64,000 nucleotides of DNA from Synechococcus sp. (GTDB taxonomy: Bacteria > Cyanobacteriota > Cyanobacteriia > PCC-6307 > Cyanobiaceae). Numbering within the stretch: position 1 is the first letter of the stretch; each line of letters starts with the position of its first letter. The DNA lies in assembly GCA_047285305.1 (NCBI GenBank), contig JBJBDL010000003.1, positions 160,001 through 224,000 of the forward strand. Direction: 5' to 3'. The notes below the pieces were generated by a model. The model searched no databases. It saw only the letters and a list, made by a program, of their open reading frames with translations, and was not told the DNA's origin. Positions 55,662 through 64,000 of this stretch are shown here, one piece after another. The translations under genes and the position numbers were made by a program.

Positions 55662-55744
55662 GGAGGTACCCGTAGACCGGGTCAGTCTGGCATTCACCGC
55701 CTGGAGTTGTCGTCGATAGAGTCGATTAGCCCAGCAACACAGCG

Positions 55745-56143
55745 GTGAGCGACGAACAACAGTCCGTCCAGCCGGTCGAAACCACCGAAGCGCTGGAACC
55801 AGCGGTTGAAACCGCGCCGGAGAGCGACCCACGAACCCACCGTTTTGAATGTCGCAGCTGCGGCTACGTCTATGACCCCGATGAAGGGGTCAAGAAGGTT
55901 GGCATTGAACCTGGTACAGCGTTCGAGGATCTCGACGCGCTGGCTTTTCGCTGCCCCGTCTGCCGCAGCAAGGTGGCCGCCTTCCGCGACATCGGTCCAC
56001 GTGCCAAGGCCAGCGGTTTCGACGAGAACCTCGATTTCGGCCTTGGGGTCAATCGTATGACGCCCGGGCAGAAGAATGTTCTGATCTTCGGCAGCCTTGC
56101 CCTCGGCTTCGCCTTTTTCCTGTCCCTTTATTCCCTGCGCTGA
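55745..56143 (+). CDS. rubA: membrane-anchored rubredoxin
   Basis: CRSCG/CPVC, C-terminal TM, upstream of ycf48. Confidence 0.93.
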   Translation: MSDEQQSVQPVETTEALEPAVETAPESDPRTHRFECRSCGYVYDPDEGVKKVGIEPGTAFEDLDALAFRCPVCRSKVAAFRDIGPRAKASGFDENLDFGLGVNRMTPGQKNVLIFGSLALGFAFFLSLYSLR

Positions 56144-56152
56144 GGCCCACTG

Positions 56153-57154
56153 ATGAAACGTCTGTTGAACTCTTTTAGTCAGCTTTTGCTGGTGCTTGTA
56201 CTGGGGGTCAGCCTCAGCGGATGCGTCACCACCCACGTGCCCACGGCCACCACGAGCCCCTGGCAGGCCATGGATCTCGACACCCAGGCCAACCCGCTGG
56301 ATGTCGCTTTCACCGACAGCCGCCATGGCTACCTGGTGGGCAGCAACCGGATGATCCGGGAAACCAACGACGGGGGCGCCCATTGGAATGAACGCAGCCT
56401 GGATCTGCCCGATGAAGAGAACTTCCGTTTAATCAGCATCGACTTCAATGGCGATGAAGGCTGGATCGCCGGACAACCTGGGCTGCTACTGCACAGCGAT
56501 GACGGGGGCCAGAACTGGACACGCCTGTTCCTGGACACCAAATTGCCCGGCGAGCCCTACTTGATCACGGCTCTGGGAAGCCATTCCGCAGAACTTGCCA
56601 CCAATGTTGGTGCGATCTACGAGACCCACAACGACGGCGGCAGCTGGGAAGCCAAGGTGGCTGATGCCGCCGGCGCCGTCCGCGATCTGCGTCGCAGCAA
56701 GGACGGCAGCTACGTGAGCGTGAGTGGCCTTGGCAACTTTTACGCAACCTGGGAACCGGGTGATTCCGTCTGGCAGGTTCACCAGCGGGTGAGCAGCCAG
56801 AGGCTGCAAAGCATTGGCTTCCAGCCCGACGGCAACCTCTGGATGGTGGCTCGCGGCGCACAGATCCGCCTCAACGATGAGCCTGGCAATTTCGACAGCT
56901 GGAGCAAAGCCATCATTCCGATCACCAACGGCTACGGCTACATGGATCTGGCCTGGGATGACAATGGCTCCATCTGGGCTGGCGGCGGCAACGGCACCCT
57001 TCTGGTGAGCCGGGACGGCGGTGACAGCTGGGAGAACGACCCCGTCGGGGACCGTCAACCCAGCAACTTCACTCGCATGGTGTTCGACGGGGAGCACGCC
57101 TTTGTGCTGGGTGAACGGGGCAACCTGCTGCGCTGGGTGGGCAACGCTGTGTAA
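56153..57154 (+). CDS. ycf48: PSII assembly factor Ycf48
   Basis: Lipobox, DGG..W propeller repeats, upstream of psbE. Confidence 0.95.
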   Translation: MKRLLNSFSQLLLVLVLGVSLSGCVTTHVPTATTSPWQAMDLDTQANPLDVAFTDSRHGYLVGSNRMIRETNDGGAHWNERSLDLPDEENFRLISIDFNGDEGWIAGQPGLLLHSDDGGQNWTRLFLDTKLPGEPYLITALGSHSAELATNVGAIYETHNDGGSWEAKVADAAGAVRDLRRSKDGSYVSVSGLGNFYATWEPGDSVWQVHQRVSSQRLQSIGFQPDGNLWMVARGAQIRLNDEPGNFDSWSKAIIPITNGYGYMDLAWDDNGSIWAGGGNGTLLVSRDGGDSWENDPVGDRQPSNFTRMVFDGEHAFVLGERGNLLRWVGNAV

Positions 57155-57225
57155 CTGCGGCAACGCCTCAGCCCCACCTCACCTGAGCCACCTCCTAAGA
57201 TCGTCGTCCTGACACGCCCAACGCC

Positions 57226-57474
57226 ATGGCCGCCGGCTCAACAGGAGAACGTCCGTTCTTCGAAATCATCACGAGCATCCGTTACTGGGTGATCCACGCC
57301 GTGACACTGCCTTCCATCTTTTTGGCAGGCTTCCTGTTCGTGTCCACCGGCCTGGCCTATGACGCCTTCGGAACACCTCGCCCCGATGCCTACTTCCAGG
57401 CTTCAGAAAGTAAGGCCCCCGTGGTGAGCCAGCGGTATGAAGGCAAATCTGAACTCGACATCCGTCTGAAATAA
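57226..57474 (+). CDS. psbE: cytochrome b559 alpha
   Basis: [19 protein letters not shown]. Confidence 0.98.
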   Translation: MAAGSTGERPFFEIITSIRYWVIHAVTLPSIFLAGFLFVSTGLAYDAFGTPRPDAYFQASESKAPVVSQRYEGKSELDIRLK

Positions 57475-57477
57475 GCC

Positions 57478-57618
57478 ATGACTCAAGCCCCTCCCGTTGC
57501 CACCACGCCCCGCAACTATCCGATCTTCACGGTGCGCTGGCTTGCGTTGCACACCCTCGGCATCCCGACGGTGTTCTTCCTTGGCGCCCTCGCCGCGATG
57601 CAGTTCATCCGCCGCTGA
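57478..57618 (+). CDS. psbF: cytochrome b559 beta
   Basis: Manually translated ...[33 protein letters not shown]. Confidence 0.97.
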   Translation: MTQAPPVATTPRNYPIFTVRWLALHTLGIPTVFFLGALAAMQFIRR

Positions 57619-57626
57619 TCTGACTA

Positions 57627-57746
57627 ATGGAACGCAATCCCAACCCAAACAACCTTCCGGTTGAACTCAACCGCACCAGCCTCTACCTGGGTCTGCTGTT
57701 TGTCTTCGTGACCGGCGTGCTCATGTCCAGCTACTTCTTCAACTGA
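57627..57746 (+). CDS. psbL: PSII protein L
   Basis: Manually translated [39 protein letters not shown]. Confidence 0.97.
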   Translation: MERNPNPNNLPVELNRTSLYLGLLFVFVTGVLMSSYFFN

Positions 57747-57756
57747 GGATTATTCG

Positions 57757-57957
57757 ATGAGCGGCAAAAAATCCCCATTCCCCGACGGACGTATTCCCGA
57801 TCGACTTCCTGACGGACGCCCTGCTGTTCCCTGGAAGTCACGCTGGACTGAGGGAGTTCTTCCCCTGTGGCTGGTGGCTACGGCGGGCGGAATGGCTGTT
57901 CTGTTTGTTGTGGGCCTCTTTTTTTACGGCTCCTACACCGGTGTTGGTTCCGCCTGA
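57757..57957 (+). CDS. psbJ: PSII protein J
   Basis: PLWLVAT..G...[11 protein letters not shown]. Confidence 0.95.
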   Translation: MSGKKSPFPDGRIPDRLPDGRPAVPWKSRWTEGVLPLWLVATAGGMAVLFVVGLFFYGSYTGVGSA

Positions 57958-57978
57958 TCGTTTTCTACCAAAAAGATG

Positions 57979-58006
57979 AAAAGCCGGCCCTCAGGGTCGG
58001 TTTTTT
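57979..58006. terminator. probable bidirectional intrinsic terminator
   Basis: AAAAGCCGGCCC-TCA-GGGTCGGTTTTTT between convergent psbJ and the epimerase gene. Confidence 0.8.
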
Positions 58007-58051
58007 AGTGGTTAATTCAATCCGCCCAGACCTGAGCACAAACGTTGTGGT

Positions 58052-59077
58052 TCAAACCTCGAAATAGTCGCGGTACCAGCGGGCGAACTCATCCACCCCT
58101 CTCTCAATGGAGGTGGAGGGCTTGAAGCCCACCCACTGCTCCAAAGCAGAAGTGTCCGCGGCAGTCGCGACCACGTCACCGGGCTGCATCGGCTGAAAAT
58201 CCTTGGTCGCCTCTCGACCAAGAGCCTGTTCCATCACTTCGATGAAGCGCAAAAGCTCAGTGGGCTGGCTATTGCCAATGTTGAACACCCGATGCGGTGC
58301 TGCCGCCGTGGCAGGGTCAGGCTGAAGTGGATCAAACTCCAGATTTGAAGTGGCTGGCTTGTCACAGCAACGCAGCACCCCTTCAACGATGTCGTCGATG
58401 TATGTGAAATCCCGCTGCATTTTGCCATGGTTGAACACCTTGATCGGTTCACCCGCCAGGATGGCTCGCGCGAAGAGCATCGGGGCCATGTCGGGGCGAC
58501 CCCAGGGGCCATACACCGTGAAAAAACGCAGACCAGTCGCCGGCAAGCCATAGAGATGGCTGTAGGTGTGTGCCATCAGCTCATTGGCCTTCTTGCTGGC
58601 GGCGTAGAGGCTCACCGGATGGTTCACCGGCTGCTGCTCATGGAAAGGCAGATTGCGGTTTCCGCCATACACCGAACTGCTCGAGGCATAGACCAGGTTT
58701 TCGGTGCCGTGGTGGCGGCAACCTTCCAGCAGATGGCCAAAGCCCACAAGATTGCTCTGGATGTAAGCCGCCGGGTTCTCCAGCGAGTAACGAACCCCGG
58801 CCTGGGCAGCCAAGTTAACCACCACAGTCGGCTTCTCGATAGCGAACAACGCCATCAGGGCATCGCCGTCTTCCAAGGCCATTTCCAGAAAGCGCCAAGT
58901 ACCCTCCGGGGCGACCGCCTCGATCTGACGAAGCCTCGCTTGCTTCAAGGTTGGGTCGTAGTAGTCGTTCAGGTTGTCGAGGCCAACAACTCTGTCTCCC
59001 TGCTGAAGCAGGCGCCGACTCAAGGCAGCTCCGATGAAACCAGCAGCTCCGGTAACCAAGACGGTGCGTGCCATCAA
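58052..59077 (-). CDS. NAD-dependent epimerase, UDP-glucuronate 4-epimerase type
   Basis: GAAGFIG, LAAQAGVRYS, YAASKKANE, GPWGRPDMA. Confidence 0.92.
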   Translation of the reverse strand: MMARTVLVTGAAGFIGAALSRRLLQQGDRVVGLDNLNDYYDPTLKQARLRQIEAVAPEGTWRFLEMALEDGDALMALFAIEKPTVVVNLAAQAGVRYSLENPAAYIQSNLVGFGHLLEGCRHHGTENLVYASSSSVYGGNRNLPFHEQQPVNHPVSLYAASKKANELMAHTYSHLYGLPATGLRFFTVYGPWGRPDMAPMLFARAILAGEPIKVFNHGKMQRDFTYIDDIVEGVLRCCDKPATSNLEFDPLQPDPATAAAPHRVFNIGNSQPTELLRFIEVMEQALGREATKDFQPMQPGDVVATAADTSALEQWVGFKPSTSIERGVDEFARWYRDYFEV

Positions 59078-60477
59078 CCCTCACCGTCGCCAACGCGCCA
59101 TAGGCTGAGGCCAGCGGCTTTGATCTGGGCAGGATCGGCGACAGACCTGGCATCAAAGACCCAGGCCGGCTTGCGCATCCGACCTGCCAAAGAAATCCAA
59201 TTCAGATCGCGATAGTGCTGCCATTCGGTAAGCACCAAAACAGCATCAGCCCCCGCCACAGCATCTTCAATGCTGCAGGCCTTGGCCCAACTGCCGGTTC
59301 CACTGAGTGCATCGGTCTGGGGTGCCGCCTCCTGTTGAAGGTCACGGGCCATTTGTTGGGCCTCCACCTTGGGATCGTGAATGGCCAATTGGGCACCTTC
59401 CTCCAGCAGATCGCGGCAGATGCGAATCGCCGGCGCTTCGCGGGTGTCGTTGGTGTCGGCCTTGAACGCAAAACCAAGAATCGCCAGCCGCTTACCGGTC
59501 ACCGTGCCGAACAGCTTCTCCACCACCAATAGGGCAATGCGGTGCTGCTGCCAAGTGTTCAGAGCCACCACACTCTCCCAGTAATCCGCCACCTCCGGCA
59601 GGCCGAAATGCCTGCAGAGATACACCAGGTTGAGGATGTCTTTCTGGAAACAGCTGCCGCCGAACCCGGGGCCAGCATTGAGGAATTTCGGACCGATCCG
59701 ACTGTCGGTGCCAATCGCCCGGGCCACCTCGCGCACATCCGCCCCGCTGGCCTCGCAGAACGCCGCAATCGAGTTGATCGAGCTGATCCGCTGTGCAAGA
59801 AAGGCATTGGCGGTGAGCTTCGAGAGCTCGCTGCTCCAGAGGTTGGTGCGCAGAATCTGGTCCTGCGGAACCCAGTTGGCGTAGATCGCGGCGAGGGCAT
59901 CAATTGATGCCGGGTCATCACCACCGATCAACACCCGATCAGGGGACTCGAGATCGCGGATGGCCGTTCCTTCCGCCAGAAACTCAGGGTTGGAGAGCAC
60001 TGAAAAGGAGCGCTGATCGTCTCCATCACTGGCTGCTGCCAGGATGGTTTTGATTGCAGCTGCCGTTCGCACCGGCAGGGTGCTTTTCTCCACCACGATG
60101 GTGTGGCCGGTTGCTGCCTGGGCCACCTCACGGGCGCAGGCTTCCACCCAGCGCAGATCACTGGCCTGTCCAGCTCCCAATCCCTTGGTCTTGGTGGGTG
60201 TGTTCACCGAAATGAACACCATGTCTGCAGCGGCGATTGACGCCGATACATCGGTGGAAAAATGCAGGTTGCGGCCGCGCGCCCGTTCCACAACACGGTC
60301 CAGACCCGGCTCATACACCGGCAACTTGTTGAGGTCGGAATCATTCCAGGCATCGATGCGCGCTGGGTTGATGTCGACCACCTGCACTTGCACTTTCGGG
60401 CAGCGATCTGCGATCACTGCCATGGTCGGGCCGCCCACATAACCCGCACCGATGCAGCAGATCCGTTGAATGGTCAC
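59074..60477 (-). CDS. ugd: UDP-glucose 6-dehydrogenase
   Basis: [26 protein letters not shown]. Confidence 0.95.
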   Translation of the reverse strand: MTIQRICCIGAGYVGGPTMAVIADRCPKVQVQVVDINPARIDAWNDSDLNKLPVYEPGLDRVVERARGRNLHFSTDVSASIAAADMVFISVNTPTKTKGLGAGQASDLRWVEACAREVAQAATGHTIVVEKSTLPVRTAAAIKTILAAASDGDDQRSFSVLSNPEFLAEGTAIRDLESPDRVLIGGDDPASIDALAAIYANWVPQDQILRTNLWSSELSKLTANAFLAQRISSINSIAAFCEASGADVREVARAIGTDSRIGPKFLNAGPGFGGSCFQKDILNLVYLCRHFGLPEVADYWESVVALNTWQQHRIALLVVEKLFGTVTGKRLAILGFAFKADTNDTREAPAIRICRDLLEEGAQLAIHDPKVEAQQMARDLQQEAAPQTDALSGTGSWAKACSIEDAVAGADAVLVLTEWQHYRDLNWISLAGRMRKPAWVFDARSVADPAQIKAAGLSLWRVGDGEG

Positions 60478-61424
60478 GTCTCGCAGCCTTCGGCAGATCC
60501 CAGGAGATTACGGAAGGAGTCGATGGTGGGAGCAAGTCCTTGCTCCAGTGAGAAAGACGGCTGCCAGTTCAACTGCTCACGGGCGAGGTCAATCGCCGGT
60601 TGCCGCTGCTGAGGGTCATCCTGCGGCAAGGGTTTCTCCACCAACTGCAGCTTCGGGTTGATCTGGATCCGCACCAGCTCTGCCAGCTCTCGGATCGTGA
60701 ATTCGTCGGGATTGCCAAGGTTGATCGGGCCGGTGTGGTCGCCGTTCATCAGACGGATCAACCCATCAATCAGATCGCTCACGTAACAAAAGGAGCGGAT
60801 CTGGCTGCCATCGCCATACAGCGTCAGCGGTTCGCCCCGCAGAGCCTGAACGATGAAGTTGCTCACCACACGGCCGTCATCGGGGAGCATTCGCGGGCCA
60901 TAGGTGTTGAAGATGCGAGCCACCCGCACCTCCACCCCATTCATGCGCTGGTAATCAAAACAGAGGGTTTCTGCGATGCGCTTGCCCTCGTCGTAGCAGC
61001 TGCGTACACCGATCGGGTTCACAGAGCCCCAGTAGTTCTCCGGCTGAGGGTGCACCTCAGGATCGCCGTAGACCTCGCTGGTGCTGGCGAGCAGCAATCG
61101 CGCTCCCACCCGACGGGCCAATCCCAGCATGTTGTACGTGCCAAGAAAACTGGTCTTGGCTGTCTTAACCGGATTGAACTGATAGTGGATCGGCGAGGCG
61201 GGGCAGGCCATATGCCAGATCCGATCCACCTCCAGCTTGATCGGTTCCGTGACGTCGTGGCGGATGAGTTCGAAACGGGGATGGCCGATCCAGCGCGCAA
61301 TGTTGGCTTTACGGCCGGTGAAGTAATTATCGAGACAGATCACCTCATCGCCGTCCTCCATCAGCCGGTCGATCAGATGGGAGCCGAGGAAGCCGGCACC
61401 TCCAGTGACGAGGTGGATCTGCAT
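60474..61424 (-). CDS. UDP-glucuronate decarboxylase (UDP-xylose synthase)
   Basis: [37 protein letters not shown]. Confidence 0.93.
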   Translation of the reverse strand: MQIHLVTGGAGFLGSHLIDRLMEDGDEVICLDNYFTGRKANIARWIGHPRFELIRHDVTEPIKLEVDRIWHMACPASPIHYQFNPVKTAKTSFLGTYNMLGLARRVGARLLLASTSEVYGDPEVHPQPENYWGSVNPIGVRSCYDEGKRIAETLCFDYQRMNGVEVRVARIFNTYGPRMLPDDGRVVSNFIVQALRGEPLTLYGDGSQIRSFCYVSDLIDGLIRLMNGDHTGPINLGNPDEFTIRELAELVRIQINPKLQLVEKPLPQDDPQQRQPAIDLAREQLNWQPSFSLEQGLAPTIDSFRNLLGSAEGCET

Positions 61425-61426
61425 CC

Positions 61427-62719
61427 TTAGGGGGTGAGCAGTTTCTCCACGATCGCGGCAACTGGGGCAAGCGCAACGGTGCATTCCTCAGCCTGCTGCT
61501 GCAACGGCTTCAAACGCACTTGGCCACTGCTGACTTCCTCATCTCCCAAAACCAGGGCCCATTGGGCACCACTGCGATCGGCCCGTTTGAACTGCTTGCC
61601 AAAGGCCGAGCCCGACGCATCCAACTCAACCCAAAGCCCAGCAGCCCGCAGGTCCCGCGCCAAGGCCAGGGCGACACGCTCGGCCTCCGCTCCACGGTTC
61701 ACCACGTAAACCTGGGGTGATGCATTCGCCGTCAGTCGAGCGGCAACACCCTGAGGATCCGTCTTCCCGGCGGCTTCCAACACAAGCAACAACCGTTCCA
61801 TGCCGAGAGCCCAACCGATAGCGGGAGTCGGGGGGCCTCCCAACTGACCAATCAGGCCGTCGTAACGACCACCACCGCAGACAGTGGCCTGGGCCCCAAG
61901 TTGATCGCTGGTGATCTCAAAAGCCGTGTGGCTGTAGTAGTCCAAGCCACGCACAAGCCGGGGATTGAGCCGGAAGGGAATCCCCAGGGCAGTCAGACCT
62001 CGCTGCACCTCTTCGAAACGTTCACGGCTGGCATCAGACAGGGCATCCGCAAGGGTGGGCGCGTCTGCCAGTAGCACCTGGGTGTCCTTGTTTTTGGAGT
62101 CGAGGATGCGCAACGGATTGGTGCTGAGCCTTGCCTGGGAATCGGGATCGAGCGCCTCCGAGCGCTGCTCGAGCCAGGCCACCAAAGCCTTGCGGTAGGC
62201 CTGACGGTCCTCCGACGTGCCAAGGCTATTGAGCTCTAGCTGCAAGCCACCAACACCAAGGCTGGCCAGCAAGTCCCAGGCCAGAGCAATCACCTCAACA
62301 TCGCTTCGGGCTCGTTCCGCCCCAAGCCACTCAACACCGATCTGATGAAACTGCCGCTGCCTTCCGGCCTGAGGGCGCTCGTAGCGAAACATCGGCCCCG
62401 AGTACCAGAGCTTCTGAGCGCCCTGACTGAGCAAGCCATGCTGCAGGGCGGCACGCACCACGGATGCGGTGCCTTCCGGCCGCAGAGTGCAGGAGCGATC
62501 TCCCCGATCCTGAAAGCTGTACATCTCCTTGCCCACCACGTCGGTGCCCTCACCGATGCCACGACAGAACAGATCCGTCGTCTCCAGGAGCGGCGTCCGG
62601 ATCTCACCAAACCCCGAACGCTGGAACTGCTCTCGGGCCTTGGCCTCAACGGCCTGCCAGCGCTGAAGCGCCTCCGGCAGCAGATCAACCATGCCCCTGA
62701 GGCTCTGGAGCTGACTCAC
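61427..62719 (-). CDS. hisS: histidyl-tRNA synthetase
   Basis: [29 protein letters not shown]. Confidence 0.98.
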   Translation of the reverse strand: MSQLQSLRGMVDLLPEALQRWQAVEAKAREQFQRSGFGEIRTPLLETTDLFCRGIGEGTDVVGKEMYSFQDRGDRSCTLRPEGTASVVRAALQHGLLSQGAQKLWYSGPMFRYERPQAGRQRQFHQIGVEWLGAERARSDVEVIALAWDLLASLGVGGLQLELNSLGTSEDRQAYRKALVAWLEQRSEALDPDSQARLSTNPLRILDSKNKDTQVLLADAPTLADALSDASRERFEEVQRGLTALGIPFRLNPRLVRGLDYYSHTAFEITSDQLGAQATVCGGGRYDGLIGQLGGPPTPAIGWALGMERLLLVLEAAGKTDPQGVAARLTANASPQVYVVNRGAEAERVALALARDLRAAGLWVELDASGSAFGKQFKRADRSGAQWALVLGDEEVSSGQVRLKPLQQQAEECTVALAPVAAIVEKLLTP

Positions 62720-62760
62720 GTGCAGGATGCGGGTACAGCGGCACAGTCTGCCGGGTGGCC

Positions 62761-63999
62761 TCAGGCCACGATGCTGCGGCTCGCCACAAGATCCATCAAG
62801 GCCAGCTGTCGGGTGACGCAGGCATTCAATTCATAGCTACGTTCTACTGTCTCGCGGGCGGCCACACCAAACGCAGCAGCTCGATCTGGATCGTTGAGCA
62901 TCTCAACCACCGCCGCGGCCAGATCGTTGGGCGAAAAGATATCCACCAATAAACCGTTCTGGCCGTGACGAACGACCTCCCGCACCGGAGCCGTGTCGGA
63001 ACCCACCACCGCACAACCGCAGCCCATGGCCTCCAACAGGCTCCAGCTCATCACAAAGGGATAGGTGAGATAGACGTGACAGGCGGAGATCTGCAGTAGG
63101 GGAATGAACTGGCTGTAGGGCAGTTTTCCGGTGAAATGAACCCGGCTGTGGTCATACCTACCCTTGATCTCCGCCAAAAAATGATCCATCCATTCGCCAT
63201 CGGGACATGCAGCGCCGTAGCTCACCCCCTTGGTCTTACCGACGATCACCAAACGCGCTTCAGGGTATAACCGTTGCAGTTCAGGGATGGCCCGGATGAA
63301 GGTGTGGCAGCCCCGGTAGGGCTCCAGGCAACGGTTCACAAAGGTGACGATCGGTTGACCCTTCTCCAGCACTGTGCCGTCTGGAAGCTTGAGCGGTGCG
63401 GGGGATGGATTTGGACGGGCATGGTGAAGGTCTATACCGTCATGGATCACGCTGATTTTTTGGCGCCAGTGCTTAGGAAAGCTGCTGGCCTGGAAATGGG
63501 TAGGGGAGACGTTCCAGTCCGCTTGCTCCAGGGTGAGATGCAAATAAGCGTTTTTCATAGCCAACTTCGCCTGCTCTTTCCAACTGCGATTGGCCTCGAA
63601 TTCGAGGTCAAAATTGGTGTCGAAACCGAACTCGTTGTAGAAGAACTCCTGATAGCAAAGCAGTGGCGTATCGGGCCAGATCGCCTTCAGGAAAAGAGGT
63701 TCACCCCACCCTGGATGGGCACAAATCAAATCAGGCGTGAAGCCTTGCGCCTTGAGCTGTTCAGCAGCACGAGCACAGCCCTCGGCACGAATGATCTTGG
63801 ATTCTGTTTCCACTAAGAAGGGATGAACACCATCTGTGTTGCGGCGATCGAGGCGGTAACGGAAGTGGTTGAGGCCCTCTGGAATTCCGCACCCGCGATC
63901 CAACTCCTTAATACCCAGTGCTACCAAGTGGTGCTGCCCCTGCTGGGCCAGCCGCCGAATGATGTGGACGTACTGCCCGGGGAAGTTCTGATGAATGAA
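62761..63999 (-). CDS. glycosyltransferase family 4 (DUF3495 N-domain), 5' partial
   Basis: Frame open to the window edge ([10 protein letters not shown]); [24 protein letters not shown]. Confidence 0.9.
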   Translation of the reverse strand, partial: FIHQNFPGQYVHIIRRLAQQGQHHLVALGIKELDRGCGIPEGLNHFRYRLDRRNTDGVHPFLVETESKIIRAEGCARAAEQLKAQGFTPDLICAHPGWGEPLFLKAIWPDTPLLCYQEFFYNEFGFDTNFDLEFEANRSWKEQAKLAMKNAYLHLTLEQADWNVSPTHFQASSFPKHWRQKISVIHDGIDLHHARPNPSPAPLKLPDGTVLEKGQPIVTFVNRCLEPYRGCHTFIRAIPELQRLYPEARLVIVGKTKGVSYGAACPDGEWMDHFLAEIKGRYDHSRVHFTGKLPYSQFIPLLQISACHVYLTYPFVMSWSLLEAMGCGCAVVGSDTAPVREVVRHGQNGLLVDIFSPNDLAAAVVEMLNDPDRAAAFGVAARETVERSYELNACVTRQLALMDLVASRSIVA

Positions 64000-64000
64000 A

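Overview
This 64-kb GC-rich window is core chromosome of a marine picocyanobacterium, most likely Synechococcus, inferred from gene content and order (psbEFLJ, rubA-ycf48, ndhCKJ, psbK, chlD, amt1, photolyases). It is mostly housekeeping genes, plus two tRNAs (Arg-ACG and a CAT tRNA that is probably Ile2) and two decayed genes. No CRISPR, IS element, integrase or rRNA was seen. The stand-out is a tightly coupled four-gene operon at 33744-38596: a plant-type SABATH methyltransferase, a Leu/Phe/Val-dehydrogenase-like enzyme, an MSOX-family flavoprotein with NikD-like motifs, and a BCCT transporter with a non-canonical aromatic box. Together these suggest a candidate biosynthesis and transport pathway for homarine (N-methylpicolinate): lysine -> piperideine-2-carboxylate -> picolinate -> homarine. 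This is an inference that needs testing. Other points of interest are a split, Cys-rich photolyase pair, a phosphorylase-kinase-like GH15 protein and a hairpin-rich ~250-nt leader upstream of a DUF3155 gene. All family assignments are from recalled motifs, not database searches.
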